In this document: positions 36,673-48,633 of the stretch, one piece after another
Layout of the letters: the number at the start of each line of letters is the position of its first letter
Numbering within the stretch: position 1 is the first letter of the stretch
Assembly: GCA_965649765.1 (NCBI GenBank)
Contig: OZ287754.1
Span: 46,004,001-46,068,000 of the forward strand
Source: Bispira polyomma
Taxonomy: Eukaryota
Length of the DNA stretch: 64,000 nt
Reading direction: 5' to 3'
The notes under the pieces: model-generated
What the model was told of the DNA's origin: nothing
Seen by the model: the letters and a program-made list of their open reading frames with translations, nothing else
The model's database searches: none
Program-made: the position numbers and the translations under genes

Positions 36673-37059
36673 CTAGGGGCCATACTCTCAAACATTCTTT
36701 GAATTTTCTTTGTCTATTTTTGAAACAATATTTTAGGGCAATCAAATTGCTTGAGACCAAAATTTAGGAATAAATGAATACCAAAACCAGGGGCCATATT
36801 CTCGAAACGATTTAAGTAAATACTTAATTTCCATAGTAAATACTTAATTTACATAGTAAACTTACGTTTTGATTTTGGGATTTTTCAAGACTGAAAACCT
36901 AAACTCCATTATTCAACTACAACTATAAGTTTTTGTTTTCAAGTAAAAGTTTACTATTTACCTAACTTAAGTATGGCTGTCATTTGTGATTGTATTATAA
37001 GTTGCACATCTTATTTTGGGTTGTTTTTTTTTTGCGATGATTATAAATTTAAATACAAT

Positions 37060-37830
37060 ATAATTGCAGCTAAAAAAAGCCTACAATTCAACTTAAATCA
37101 GCCTATATGTGCGACCTGGTAATAAATCTGACCAGGCATTTGATTAGCACAGAACACCTAGATTTATTAGCATGTGTTCCATCTCCAAAACAAGAACCCC
37201 AACATGACATTCCCACAAAATATCAGACCACAATTCCCCACCACTTCAGAGATTTGCTGGTCGACATAAACAAAACACTTATACCACAACACATGTGATG
37301 TCATCTGGCTGTAACTAGTGCAACATAACACTCAATTAACAGAATTGGATGCATGTTAAAATCATCTCAGGTGTGTGGGATGAGAGAATTGCAGTGTGGG
37401 TAGAAAATCAGGGCCGTACTGCCTTTAGTGCAACAATAACACTAAATTAACAGAAATGGCTAGAAAAACCTACATTTCAACTTAACTCACTTTATATGTG
37501 ACACTGGTAATAAATCTTACCACACACCTAATTAGCACAGAACACCTGGATGTTTCATCTTTAAATATAGTGGGACATAACAGAATTGGATGTGTGTTGA
37601 AATCATCTTTGGTGTGATCAGTGATCAGAGCGCTGCAGTGTGGGTAGGAAATTCAGGGCCGTAATGCCTTTAATAGAAGTGCCCATAGAATAAGAGCGTT
37701 GCAGTGTGGGTAGAAAATCAGGTTATAAGGCCGCAATCCCTTTAAAAGAGTTCCCCATAGAATGAGAGCACTGCAGTGTGGGTAGGAAATCAGGCTATAA
37801 GGCCATAATGCCTTTAATAGATGTCCTCAT
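37060..37830. repeat. Complex local duplication and minisatellite
   Basis: GCAGTGTGGGTAG.AAAT.AGG at about 37390, 37633, 37699 and 37772. Block 37065-37400 is partly re-duplicated at 37455-37670. Confidence 0.75.
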
Positions 37831-38750
37831 TGAATGGATGTGCCATACTATTATATTCTAACATATAGGCTGACACACAGAAGGCACTCTGAAATATATG
37901 CTAGACAAACATTTGAAGTTTAACATTGGGACCATTTGCCAATACCACTCCAGTACTGAAGTGATCCTACATTCTAGAGTAGACTATGTTTAACTAGATT
38001 CAACTTTTTTGACCCAATACAGTAAAACCTTCACATAGTAATCGCTCATGGGATCCAGTCAAATCATTAGGTATAAAGTCGACATTTTAACCATACGGAG
38101 GCACTGTACAATTCATCTGTTTACATTTACTGTTCCCAAAAGAGAGGTTTGCAGTATTTGCAGGTGTACACTATCTTGCTGCATTAAAATTGGTACTATG
38201 ACATTAAAATAAGGCACAAATAGAAATAAGTAGACATTAATACAAGCAGATTCTGTACATATTGGGCACTGGATTTTAACTGGAGTTCACTGGATTTTAC
38301 AATGTTGAGTATGAACAGAATGCCTTTGAGTGTGACATACACAAGATGTCTTCATGTATTGCTGTGACCAGCATTAATCTCAACTCTATTTTGCTAGCAA
38401 ATGAATTTGTAATCTCCCGTAAACTAGTAATTAGGCAGTTGGTGTATGCTAATGAGATGGTCCCCGATTTGACTCCTGGTTTTTGAGAGTTAGTCTGGTG
38501 CTTCTTGGTTCAGTGGTGGGAGAACATCCATGGGCAAGATGTAAGCCTGCCATTGCCTAGTGATGACAACCTTGGCTACGCTGTTAAACTATCGCTTTCA
38601 GAGAATGAGAAGCCTAGAGGGTGATATAGCAATAGGGAGCCACATATAAATTTGTTCATAAATAATAATAGTCCATGCATAATACTGCAACGGCACAATG
38701 AAATGAAGAATTTAATCATTTTTTTGAGAAATGCTTCACTGTTGACTTAC

Positions 38751-38858
38751 TTTCCCAGATTTCCCTTTTGTTGTTCCAAGGCAGCAATATCCCACATCAC
38801 AGCCTGCAAACTCTTCTTGCTTCTCCTCTAACTTGTCAAAGTTAACTATTCTCTGGTC
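38751..38858 (-). CDS. HTATIP2: HTATIP2-like, coding exon 2 (missed by the ORF track)
   Basis: ctttag|GAC...AAA|gtaagt, 108 bp, phase 0. DQRIVNFDKLEEKQEEFAGCDVGYCCLGTTKGKSGK carries the CCLGTT signature. Confidence 0.94.
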
Positions 38859-40190
38859 CTAAAGGAATGAAAAACATACCACAGTGGATTTGCTCTGAGT
38901 CCAATTTGCAAAATGTTCATGTTTTACTTCTACTTATGGTTACTTTCAGTGTCTTCATCAGCTAATTATTTAGGAGGGCAATCAGTCACAAAGTAACAGT
39001 GGGATTACAATATGTCATAACAATGATCCTTCTCACCTGCTACTGCTATGGCAAAAAAAGTTGACATAAGCTCCACAAAATAAGTACTGTGGATCGAAAA
39101 TCTCGCACCGTTTCCAAGAAAATGGACGTTTTTTTCTAAAACCTGATTTTCTTGATATTATCAAACTTTAAATCATTTATCTCGGTAAAGATCACATATT
39201 TTTGGACGGAATCAAAAAAAAGAAAATTGAGACTTTCCTTGATAACTTATAGTCTGCATGTACTGGTCTAAAATAAAAAAATTAAAAAACCCACTTGCTG
39301 AAAAAAGCACCTATCAACACTTTTTAATCCCAATAGTTTCCGTGATAGCAAAAAAAGTAACCGTCAATTACCATCTAATTGACCTACACAGTGTCTCCCC
39401 TCTGGAAAAGAATTGCCTTACCAATGTACATGCCAAATTTCATTGAGATATGACAAATAGTTTTCTGCAAAAACCCAGTGACAAACACTTTTACATCCCA
39501 GGTCACCTGACCTTTGAGTAGGCCAAGGTTCAAATCCCAGAATTTGTAATTTTTTCCCACTCCTGGTAAAGACAACTGCCAAAAATGATTTTGATCCAGA
39601 TAATATATTGAACGAGACATTCAAGAAAGACCCTGCGGCGCGGCGCAGGTGGTGAGGTAACTAGCGATGTAACCATGTACCATAAGCTCCTTGGTGCATC
39701 AAAATAGGTTCTATTACACTGTAATTTGTTGCGACTTGGAAATTGCTTTGGTTTATGACAATAATTGACTTGTGGCAGTTCATACCAGTCACACCAAATC
39801 CAATGTACTTCTAAGTTATAAATATTGATATTGTTTAAACTTTAAGGCAAACGTCGACATTGATACTTAGTTATCAGATCAAATCCAGAGCTAAAAAGTA
39901 TGTACGTGCTGACAGCAGGGGTAGTGTGTTTCAAAATGTTTTTGAGGTTTAGTACATTCCCGACTGTAAACAAAATGACACTTCCGTTTTAGCAATAAAC
40001 TTCTACTAAAAATGTTTAAAAACTAATTAAATAAGAGATGTTTTGGTTAGTTATTTATATAATACAATATTAGAGCATGGTAAAATCATGAAAGTTATAC
40101 ATTGGTTGTGTTAATGTTTATTTCAATATCAAGGCAGTAATTTGAGAATCAATCTCACAATGTGGACTGCCATGTAGTTTTATCCCTTAA

Positions 40191-40548
40191 AGGGGTGAAT
40201 ATACCTATCAGTTTTTGCTTCCGTCATCCGTCTCTGATGTCCATTTCCGTCATCCGAAAATATTAAAATCAAAGATAATAGAGAAGTAGAATACACCTGG
40301 GTCAATTTTCTGAGGTTGGTGACATTTTTATGTAGTACCCGTATTTAAAATTAATTATCTCAGTAATATTTCAACAGATTTTGATGCATAAAAAGCATAG
40401 TAATTGTAATAAAATAAGCTTTGTAGCCATATTTTTGTGGAAATTTTACTATGTATGTATATTAGATAAATCGGTCAGTTTATGGATGTAGTGTATCTGC
40501 AAATGACGTCTGATTCGAAAGCAATATCGGCCAGGTATATTCGCCCCT
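40191..40548. mobile_element. MITE at a TTAA-type site (Kolobok/piggyBac-like)
   Basis: TTAA-AGGGGTGAATATACCT ... AGGTATATTCGCCCC-TTAA. Confidence 0.7.
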
Positions 40549-41551
40549 TAATCATCCTATTGTTAGGAAGTGCAAATTTAGTTTGCCAAATACTGACTCC
40601 CCCCAAAAAAAATCAAAGAGGCGAGTCAAATTTGGTAGGGTGTGATTAAATGGTGTTACACCGAGAAATTATCAATACATGTGTGTATTTCAATATTAAT
40701 GCTTGATGCATACCGACATATCCATTTATTCATTAATCACAACACCTTTGAGATTTCTGTTTATGTATTTGGATTTTATGTTGCTTTTAACAAGCTTTGT
40801 GACAGATCACAATGGCAGTTCACTTTTGGATGAAATCAGAACAGGGTAGTAGGTCAAGGTTTTGTCCCTCTGCAATCCACCAGTCTTCAGCAAGTCTACT
40901 GCCAACTAAGCAATGGCTCAGTGTTTGCAATCAAGCAAAACAGTAGTTGCAACAAATAATATTAGTGGCTGCATTGTTTCAAGCACATGGAAAGTTTTCA
41001 AGTTTTATGGAAATTACTTATTTCTGCTTGCATACTTGGTGGAAAGGTTCTAAAAGGTTGTTCACAATCTACATGATCATATACATTCAATAATGTAGTG
41101 GAGGTCTGAGAAACATAGCCACTATCACTCAAATATACAGCACTTAAAAGACATAGTGGCCTATATATGACTGTGTTTTTTTCACACAGGTACTTACAGC
41201 TTACAATCAAAATGTATTCGGTCACTTCTAAAATCGCTTTAAAATTAGAGGAAAATGACATAAAGAAGTTGATTCAAATTTGTGGTATAGAAAGACACAT
41301 CAGAGTTATACAATGTAACGCTAGCAAATATTATCAGAGGTGCCGAAATCCCATCACCTTTGTTTGAAAGCTAACCATGAGGTTGAGCAACTGCACCCTC
41401 TAAAGAACATTTGTACCACAGACCTATAGTTTCTCATACTAGCTTGGACAAACCTTTGCAGCTGCCCATTCATCTAGATGGCCTGGTTAAAAACAATACT
41501 CCGCCAACTATATATAGAGCGGTGATGTAAAAATAAAACAATAAAACATAC

Positions 41552-41752
41552 CAATATCTTGTACTTGTCTTCATCTGGAAACTCCACTTTTCGACGTCCA
41601 AGCAAAAGCACTTTTTCAAAGATGCTATTCTCCACCAATGCCTTTACCAATGCCTTACCAGACTCCCCGGTAAAACCAACTATAAAGGCAGTTTTCTTCA
41701 TATCTTTATAGGTCCTTGTCAGTTCTTCTATTGTTTTGCCATCTTCACTCAT
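41552..41752 (-). CDS. HTATIP2: HTATIP2-like, first coding exon
   Basis: MSEDGK..AFIVGFTGESGKALVKAL..FEKVLLLGRRK (Rossmann GxxGxxG, NADP-type GRR). Donor TTG|gtatgt. An acceptor tttcag 5 nt before the ATG implies an upstream 5'-UTR exon. Confidence 0.93.
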
Positions 41753-42840
41753 TGTGCCTGAAATAAAACTGCTAAAATTGCAACTACCATCGCAAACAAG
41801 TGTATGTCTGCTTAAAGCCTTAATAATCTATAGGGTAATTTTCTTTATGTGTGCAGCCTTTCTAGTTTTAATAGGTGGTATAGGTCAAATTCAATACTGG
41901 TGGTATGTGCTAAAGTTAATAATCATCATACAGACTGTAACTGGTCTATTACATTTTGGATGTTAATGCTTTGAACTAGACTTAGTATTCCAATGACAGC
42001 TTTTTAACTGATGCATAGCCATTTGGCGACAGAGCGTCTACTATAAGCAAAACGTTGTAAATCCCAATCGGCATTTTTAGAGATAGAATCTGGTTAAAGT
42101 AAATACATATCCTCATTCCTTATATATAAAATAGTAGCCTCATTTTGTCTTATTTTATGCAGACATGTCACATATCAATTAATATAAAATAAAACCACAT
42201 ATATTGGCACAACTCTGTCGGCCATTTTACGTCCCATCAAATTTTCAACAATTTTGTAGCAGTATCTGCTCTGTCCCTTTTCATAATTTCGTCGTCAAAA
42301 TAACAGCAAGGAATCTCGCCAAATAGATAAAGATTATTCAGTCTACCTTTAAACATATTATATAAAATTTAAATTACATATAGTGTCATTATGTGGTGCC
42401 ACATGGCGCTGCATAATGTAGTTATTTTTTAAAGCTTCTTCTTAGTGGCAGTTAGAATGTTTTGGCAAACTTAATCCAATACATTACCTGTTACTTCTGT
42501 TACTTACCCCAATACAAGTACTGTTACTTCTAGTAATTTCTTTCTAGGTTTTGGTAGTAACAGTAACTTTTAGTAATCAACTTTGGATGCATTTATTAAT
42601 ATGTTCCTGACTATTATACTTAACGGTAGTTATAAAGCCTTAAAGTACTATTAATTTCTAGTTATGAAATTGGAACTCATTTTAGTAATATGTTAAGTTT
42701 AATAGTAAAGGTGTTATGTATTGAGATACATATCATTGGACTCTTCACAATTAGTCACTGCGACATATATATGTTTGTGTAGTGTAATAATATGCTAGAA
42801 ATGTTTTCTTGGCTCTGATAGCCCGTGGCAAATGCCTAAG

Positions 42841-43549
42841 GAGGTGGTTCCACATTCAAGTTTGATCGGCAAAATAGGTCTATTTTGAGATAGGGACGGT
42901 CGGGGCTAAAAAATCAATAAATTTAATATTTTGGGTGGGACAATAAAAGTGTGGAGCGACCTTCCAGATCAAACTGATTGAGTCCCGTTTTGCAGGACAC
43001 AAACCACGATCGTACTTGAAGTATGTACTAATACTTCGCCAGCCTTGTCGACAGGTTAGGATCGAACTTACTGGTGATAGGATCTGACAAATCGCACTAG
43101 GATAAAACTTATTGGCGATAGGATTGACCGTATCGGCGATAGGATCTGACGGATCTGTACCCCCGTTTTTCACGATTGTACTTCTGATAATCAAGGTCGA
43201 GACTACTATGGCAAAATAACTGACAAAATGGTCTTGTATTCTCCCAGACCGCCCCGTTTTTGCCCCCTGACCTATATGTTTCAATGGGCCAGTGGTCACG
43301 ACAGGCCTGGAGTGAGATAAGACTTATCAGACAGAACGTATTGACAATAAGATTGAACTTATTCGGCGATACCGACCTTCCCGTTTTTAGAAGTCGGGGA
43401 ACTAGTCCGGGGTACTTTCAGAAAATATCAAACATCCTTCCCGACCACCGTGTCCGCCCCGTTTTCGCTCTCGGACCTATATGGACACGCCCCTGACCTC
43501 AAAATCGGCAAGGTCGTGGACCAAATCAGCAGAGTGGAACCACCATTTA
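42841..43549. mobile_element. Non-autonomous TIR DNA element (Kolobok-like TTAA end), most complete copy
   Basis: TIR GGTGGTTCCAC / GTGGAACCACC followed by ATTTAA. Internal GATAGGATCTGAC modules. Related copies at 15880-16302 and about 46150-46713. Confidence 0.75.
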
Positions 43550-44449
43550 ACAGACTAAAGATGCGTGGAAGTCAGATCAAAGTTTATTGTAATTTTATAT
43601 ATATGATATTATACATTTAATGCTAATATTATATTTATGCTGTATTTGTACATTCAACCTATATTTACACGTTAACTCTCTCATAATTTAAATGTTGCTA
43701 GCTGGATCTAGCATTTTGTAAATTGTGTTATGTGTTTATATTGACTAGGTGAGAATTTAACAAAAATCTATCTTTTTCCCCATCTATCTATAATAAATAC
43801 TAAAAAAACTAATATTATAAATTATTCTTAATAAATATTTTACCCCCTTGTTTGTGTATTACTGTGTTCTGGAGGGGGGGGGGGGAGTTTGCAATATGAA
43901 ACAGCTTGTCTGATGACAAAAATGGTACTACAAGTTTTCATTTACTACAGAAAAAACATTTAAAAACATTTTTGGTAGAAAATAGTAGTGCAGACCATTT
44001 TATGAAAATGCAACCCTGGATAATTAACAGTGTATATAACTGCGCAAAAATATTAATTATTGTGATATGATAAACAGGATCTTAATTAATTATTGAAGGT
44101 GACTCCAGTTGCAAAAACAAAGGCTGAAACATTATCTCAGACATTAGTTACCCAGGTGCAGACAAATCGATTAGCACTTTATAGTGTGCAATTACCTCAT
44201 GACAAAAGTGAATGCCCTTAGAACAATGGAGTGACATCACAAATGCGATTTAAATCCAAACTAAGTTCATTAACCTAATTAAGTAAACAGCATATGAGAT
44301 AGCCTGGATGGTCAATGACTTTGAAGATAAAAAACCCAAAATCCAAGGTGATACAGTTAATATCAAGGGAGATATTATAAGAAGATGATAATGTGGTGAT
44401 GACAAAACCAGGCATCACAACAAATAGGCACCATTTTTAAGGGAAGCTT

Positions 44450-45644
44450 AACTAGACCGAGCGCATCGGAGAACTGATGCATATTTGTATCCACCAGAAA
44501 GACAGAAGACAGGTAGGAAGCATCCAAGCTATGGCTACCCTCGTCTGACCTTAAAGGAGGGGCCCAAGGTCAAATTTGACCACATCATAAGATTCTCGGC
44601 CCATAATTATCTATAAGTTGGTTTCCCATTGGAAACCTGTGGGACTAATAATGAGGGAGTTATAAGCACTTTTAAGTTTGGCTATCGTCATTTGACCTTG
44701 GAGGAGGAGCCCAAGGTCAAACCTGACCATATCGGAAGACTCCCAGCCCATGATTTCCTATAGGTTGGTTTTACATTTCAAAACTGTAGGACCAATAATA
44801 AGCGAGTTATAAGCATTTTTAAGTTTAACTACCCTTGTCTGACCTTGATAGAGGGGTCCAAGGTCAAATCTGACCACATCAGAAGATGCCCAGCCCATGA
44901 ATACCTATAAGTTGGTTTCACAATACAAACCTCTAGGACCATAATACGTTATAAGCACTTTTAAGTTTGGATACCTTGTTTGACCTTGAATGAGGGGCCC
45001 AAGGTCAGACCTGACCACAGCAGAAGATTCCCAGCCCATGATTTCCTACAGGTAGGCGTTACATGCCAAACCTCTAGTACCCATAATAAGCGAGTTATAA
45101 GCACTTTTAAGTTTGGATACTTTGTTTAACCTTGAATGAGGGGTCCAAGGTCAAACCTGACCACATCAGAAGATTCCTAGCCCATGATTTCCTATGCTTT
45201 ACATAGGCTTTACATGCCAAACCTCTAGGACCAATAATAAGGAAGATCTAGGCACTTTTAAAGTTCGCTATGTGGGGTACTTTGGCACTCTGTGGATGAC
45301 CTTGAATGAAGAGCTTCAAGGTCATATGTCTGCATGCTTGTAGAGGACATATATCTGCTATACATATCACCTATTAAGAGATTTGACCTTTTAGTTATGA
45401 AACCAGCCAGTAGAAAAAGGTGGATAATTTTCAAAGAAATGCCCATGACGGCCATCTTGTTTTTCAGAATGAGGCTTATTTCAGTCGCAGAGAAGCTTAC
45501 CTCCCAATGAAGATATCCTGCAAATTTGGAGAAGCTAGTTGGTCTAGTTTTGCATTGAGAGTGTCAACCGCAAAAATCTCCGCTGCGGCAGCGGCGGCGT
45601 AGCGAACGCAAAACCAAAGTATCCACCGATCTGGTGGATACAAT
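44450..45644 (+). mobile_element. Helentron/HINE-like element with 147-bp tandem array, copy 2 (intact ends)
   Basis: Perfect 14-bp subterminal inverted repeat TTGTATCCACCAGA (44485-98) / TCTGGTGGATACAA (45630-43). 3' hairpin GTATCCACC-GATCT-GGTGGATAC, (GCG)n, TT flanks. AAGGTCA anchors at 44566, 44713, 44860, 45001, 45147. Confidence 0.85.
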
Positions 45645-46149
45645 TTATAGAAATATAGGTGTATGTGCCTAGCTTAGCTAAATCAACTTGGGGGTTTTCT
45701 TTTTTAAAGAAGGATTTGTAAGTTTCAATGTTTTCCCTTTGATGAAATTGGTGCAATTAGGTTAAAAGAGAAAATGCAACTCGCCAAATGCAAATATGTC
45801 CTCAAACACATTATTACTGAAAGCTGTATGAATGCATGAAGAGACAAACCGAGAAAAAACATCCTATTTCTATTACATTGTAGTTGTAAAAGTATCAGCT
45901 TGACTGTAAAAAAGTTGGACACAATATATGGTTGGTATTCAGTTGGATGAAATATTGTAAACATTTGTTGTCAAATAAATAGTTAACGAGTGCAAATATG
46001 CACCTAGTAAGACAACACAATCAGACATTAACTATTTTGGGCATGTTTATATGATATTGCACCCTTATGAAGAGTAATAAGAGATTAACCAAAATATCTG
46101 TTAGAAATTGTCTTAAATCTAGCACAAAAGTATGCTAGAAAGGCCCAAT

Positions 46150-46713
46150 TTTAAAGTCAGGAAGGTCGGGGTGAAAAAGGCGGGAAAATTAAAATGTGTG
46201 GCAACCTTCCCGATCGAAGTTATTGCTCGGGACACCAACAACAATCAAACTTGAGGTTCGGACTGAAACTTCACCATTCCCCCTCAACTCAGGATAAGAT
46301 CGAACTTACTTGCGGTAGGGTGTGACGTATCACCCTAGAATCGAACATATCAGCGATAGAATCTGACGTATTCATAAGCCAGACCATAAAGATCGAACTT
46401 ACTGAAAATCTAAGTCGGGACATGTAAAATTGCATTAGGACAGGCCTGGAGTCAGATCAGACCTATCCTACAGAACTTATCGCCAATAGGATCAAACTTA
46501 TTCAATCCTATTCCGACCTATACGTTTTTGAAGGTCCGGGACTGAAGTCGGGGACTTTTTACAAAATATTAAACATGTTTGATATTCTTTCTGACCTTCC
46601 AAACGTCCCCCCTTTTGACGCCCCCCCCCCCCCCCCCGACCTATAGGAACTCGCCCCGGACCTCAAAATCGGGAAGGTCAGGAACCGAATCGGCAATGTT
46701 GAACCACCATTTA
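46150..46713 (+). mobile_element. Third, partial copy of the 42841-type DNA element
   Basis: GGATAAGATCGAACTTACT, CAGGCCTGGAGT.AGAT.AGAC, GACCTCAAAATCGG.AAGGTC, AACCACCATTTAA. Confidence 0.75.
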
Positions 46714-46807
46714 AGACAAACACATTGCACACATTTGCATAGTCACCCTTATCAAGGATCCACATCAGTCGATACATATATTGTTGTACTTACCTTAACT
46801 AATAGTA

Positions 46808-47130
46808 CACAGGCGGTCACAATACCGGTCGGGTCACAATATCGTCCGTTGCATTTTAAAATACTTTACTGACGGAAATTATAACTGAAAACACATGCTA
46901 CTTCAAGTCTATAAATTAAAGTACAGGGCCCGTATTCACGAAAGGACTTAACCAGGTCTTAGGCTTAAATCTAGCACAAAAGTATACTGATTTAAGCCTA
47001 AGACCTGGCTAAGTTCCTTCGTGAATACGGCCCCAGAATACTTTATTTTATTTTGAATAAATCTACGTTCTAAGCCTTGAAATGTGCGTCGAACGGTATT
47101 GTGACCCGACCGGTATTGTGACCGCCCGTG
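46808..47130. mobile_element. Tc1/mariner/pogo-type MITE (TA TSD)
   Basis: About 38-bp TIRs CACAGGCGGTCACAATACCGGTCGGGTCACAATA.. flanked by TA on both sides. Confidence 0.88.
46927..47033. mobile_element. Palindromic Harbinger-type MITE (CAG TSD) nested in the previous MITE
   Basis: CAG|GGCCCGTATTCACGAA...TTCGTGAATACGGCCC|CAG. The whole 107 bp is almost a palindrome. Confidence 0.88.
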
Positions 47131-48002
47131 TAGTTAAGTAAATAGTAGTAGCTCACCCCGTAAGTAAATAGTTAATCTGCACAATGCTTATCCAATGATC
47201 ACTATTTAATATATCATGGATCAAATTAACCAGCCCAACAGCAACAAATACAAATAGTTATTATACCAAGGAATGACTCAGCAAATTACTGTTGCCTCCT
47301 AAAATATTTGCTCTATATTGCCCACATATCTTTATAGTGGTGTTTTGATAACTGTAAAAAACACCCTTTTTATGTAGGAAAATTACCCAGTTATGGGTTT
47401 TCCATACAGTACTTGTACACGGGTGGTGTGCATAGCTTTGGTCTACGCAGCTACCCAGTATCAATATCAATAGTCTGTATAAACGTCCGTCTAGAGTAGC
47501 CAAGGACAAAGGGTATCAGGTTGTAAAACTAAAAGTACCACACTACATATATCGTGTTTAGGTACTCATCAGTAAGTACTGATATACTAGTAACTGGTGT
47601 ACTGATGTTCTATTTATTGATGGGCCTTTATACAAGTACAGTACAGTAGTTGTTACATATATAGTACGTATTTCTTGAGTTTAGTAATATGATATTGTAT
47701 ATGTCACTGTAATAAATTAATAAATGAAATAACTACTCACCCACTTTATCTGATAACTATTTAACTGGTGTAAATTCCAATTACACATGTATAAACCCAT
47801 CAAAGTTTATCCCATGTGAATATATCCAAATATTACTCGCACTTAATGTAAATACATCAAATACTTCATCATTTTAACACAAACAATCCTTTAATCTTGC
47901 TGCAGTCATTTCATAGTCCACACTATTGATTTGTTGGTAAAACTTGTACCTTGTTTACACCACACCGGATTTATAAAGTCCATGTATCTGGCTAGGATTC
48001 TA

Positions 48003-48285
48003 GTGGGAACTTCACCTATCCGTGCTCACCCGAAACCTATATCCTTACCTGTATTTATATTCACGGAAGGTAACCATATAGATAGCAAACACAATCGATT
48101 TACATCATTCCTGTCCGTATCCGTATAAAAAGGGTGAGGGAAGTTATTCTAAGGTATATGGATGGGCGAGGTATATAGTTGATTGTGTATGATATTTGTA
48201 TGGTTGATTAAATAGTTACCCTCCATGAATAATGTTACGGATACGTACACAGGTACGGATGGACACGGATAGGTGAAGTTCCAAC
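48003..48285. mobile_element. MITE
   Basis: TIRs GGAACTTCACCTATCCGTG / CACGGATAGGTGAAGTTCC. Confidence 0.8.
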
Positions 48286-48381
48286 CTAAGTTACACTGTA
48301 CTTTCTGATTTAGCTGTCTATCAATCAGATAGCATCATTTGATTCGCAAGAAGTTTAAATATGTACATGTTGGGAGCAGAA

Positions 48382-48633
48382 TTTGAATTTTGATATTTAA
48401 CGTCCACTCTAGTACCTTTTAGTAGGTTATATTGGGACGAGTAGTTGGAAATGCTGGAGAAAACACTGCATACAGTCGGTCAAGGTTCTGCACTGAAACC
48501 AGTGGCCCACAGTAAGGAACTACCACCTTTCCCACATAGGCATCGACGGGATTCAAACTCATGCTGCCCAGAGGTGAGAGACCAGTGATTCTGAAGCGCA
48601 ATGCTTGCTAACCACTAGGCCACCGCGCCCCCC
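48382..48633 (-). mobile_element. SINE family 1, copy 2, with perfect 14-bp TSD
   Basis: TGTTGGGAGCAGAA at 48368-48381 and 48634-48647. Confidence 0.93.

Noticed and set aside
39060-39700. Possible further HINE/MITE (CATAAGCTCC repeated, GCGGCGCGGCGC, TGACC motifs)
   Set aside because: Looks repeat-derived, but termini and TSD could not be defined from this window.
41474-41551. Hydrophobic C-terminal tail of ORF 41474-41752 (and the N-terminal MFVYC of ORF 56587-56973)
   Set aside because: Intron read-through beyond the splice sites, not part of the proteins.
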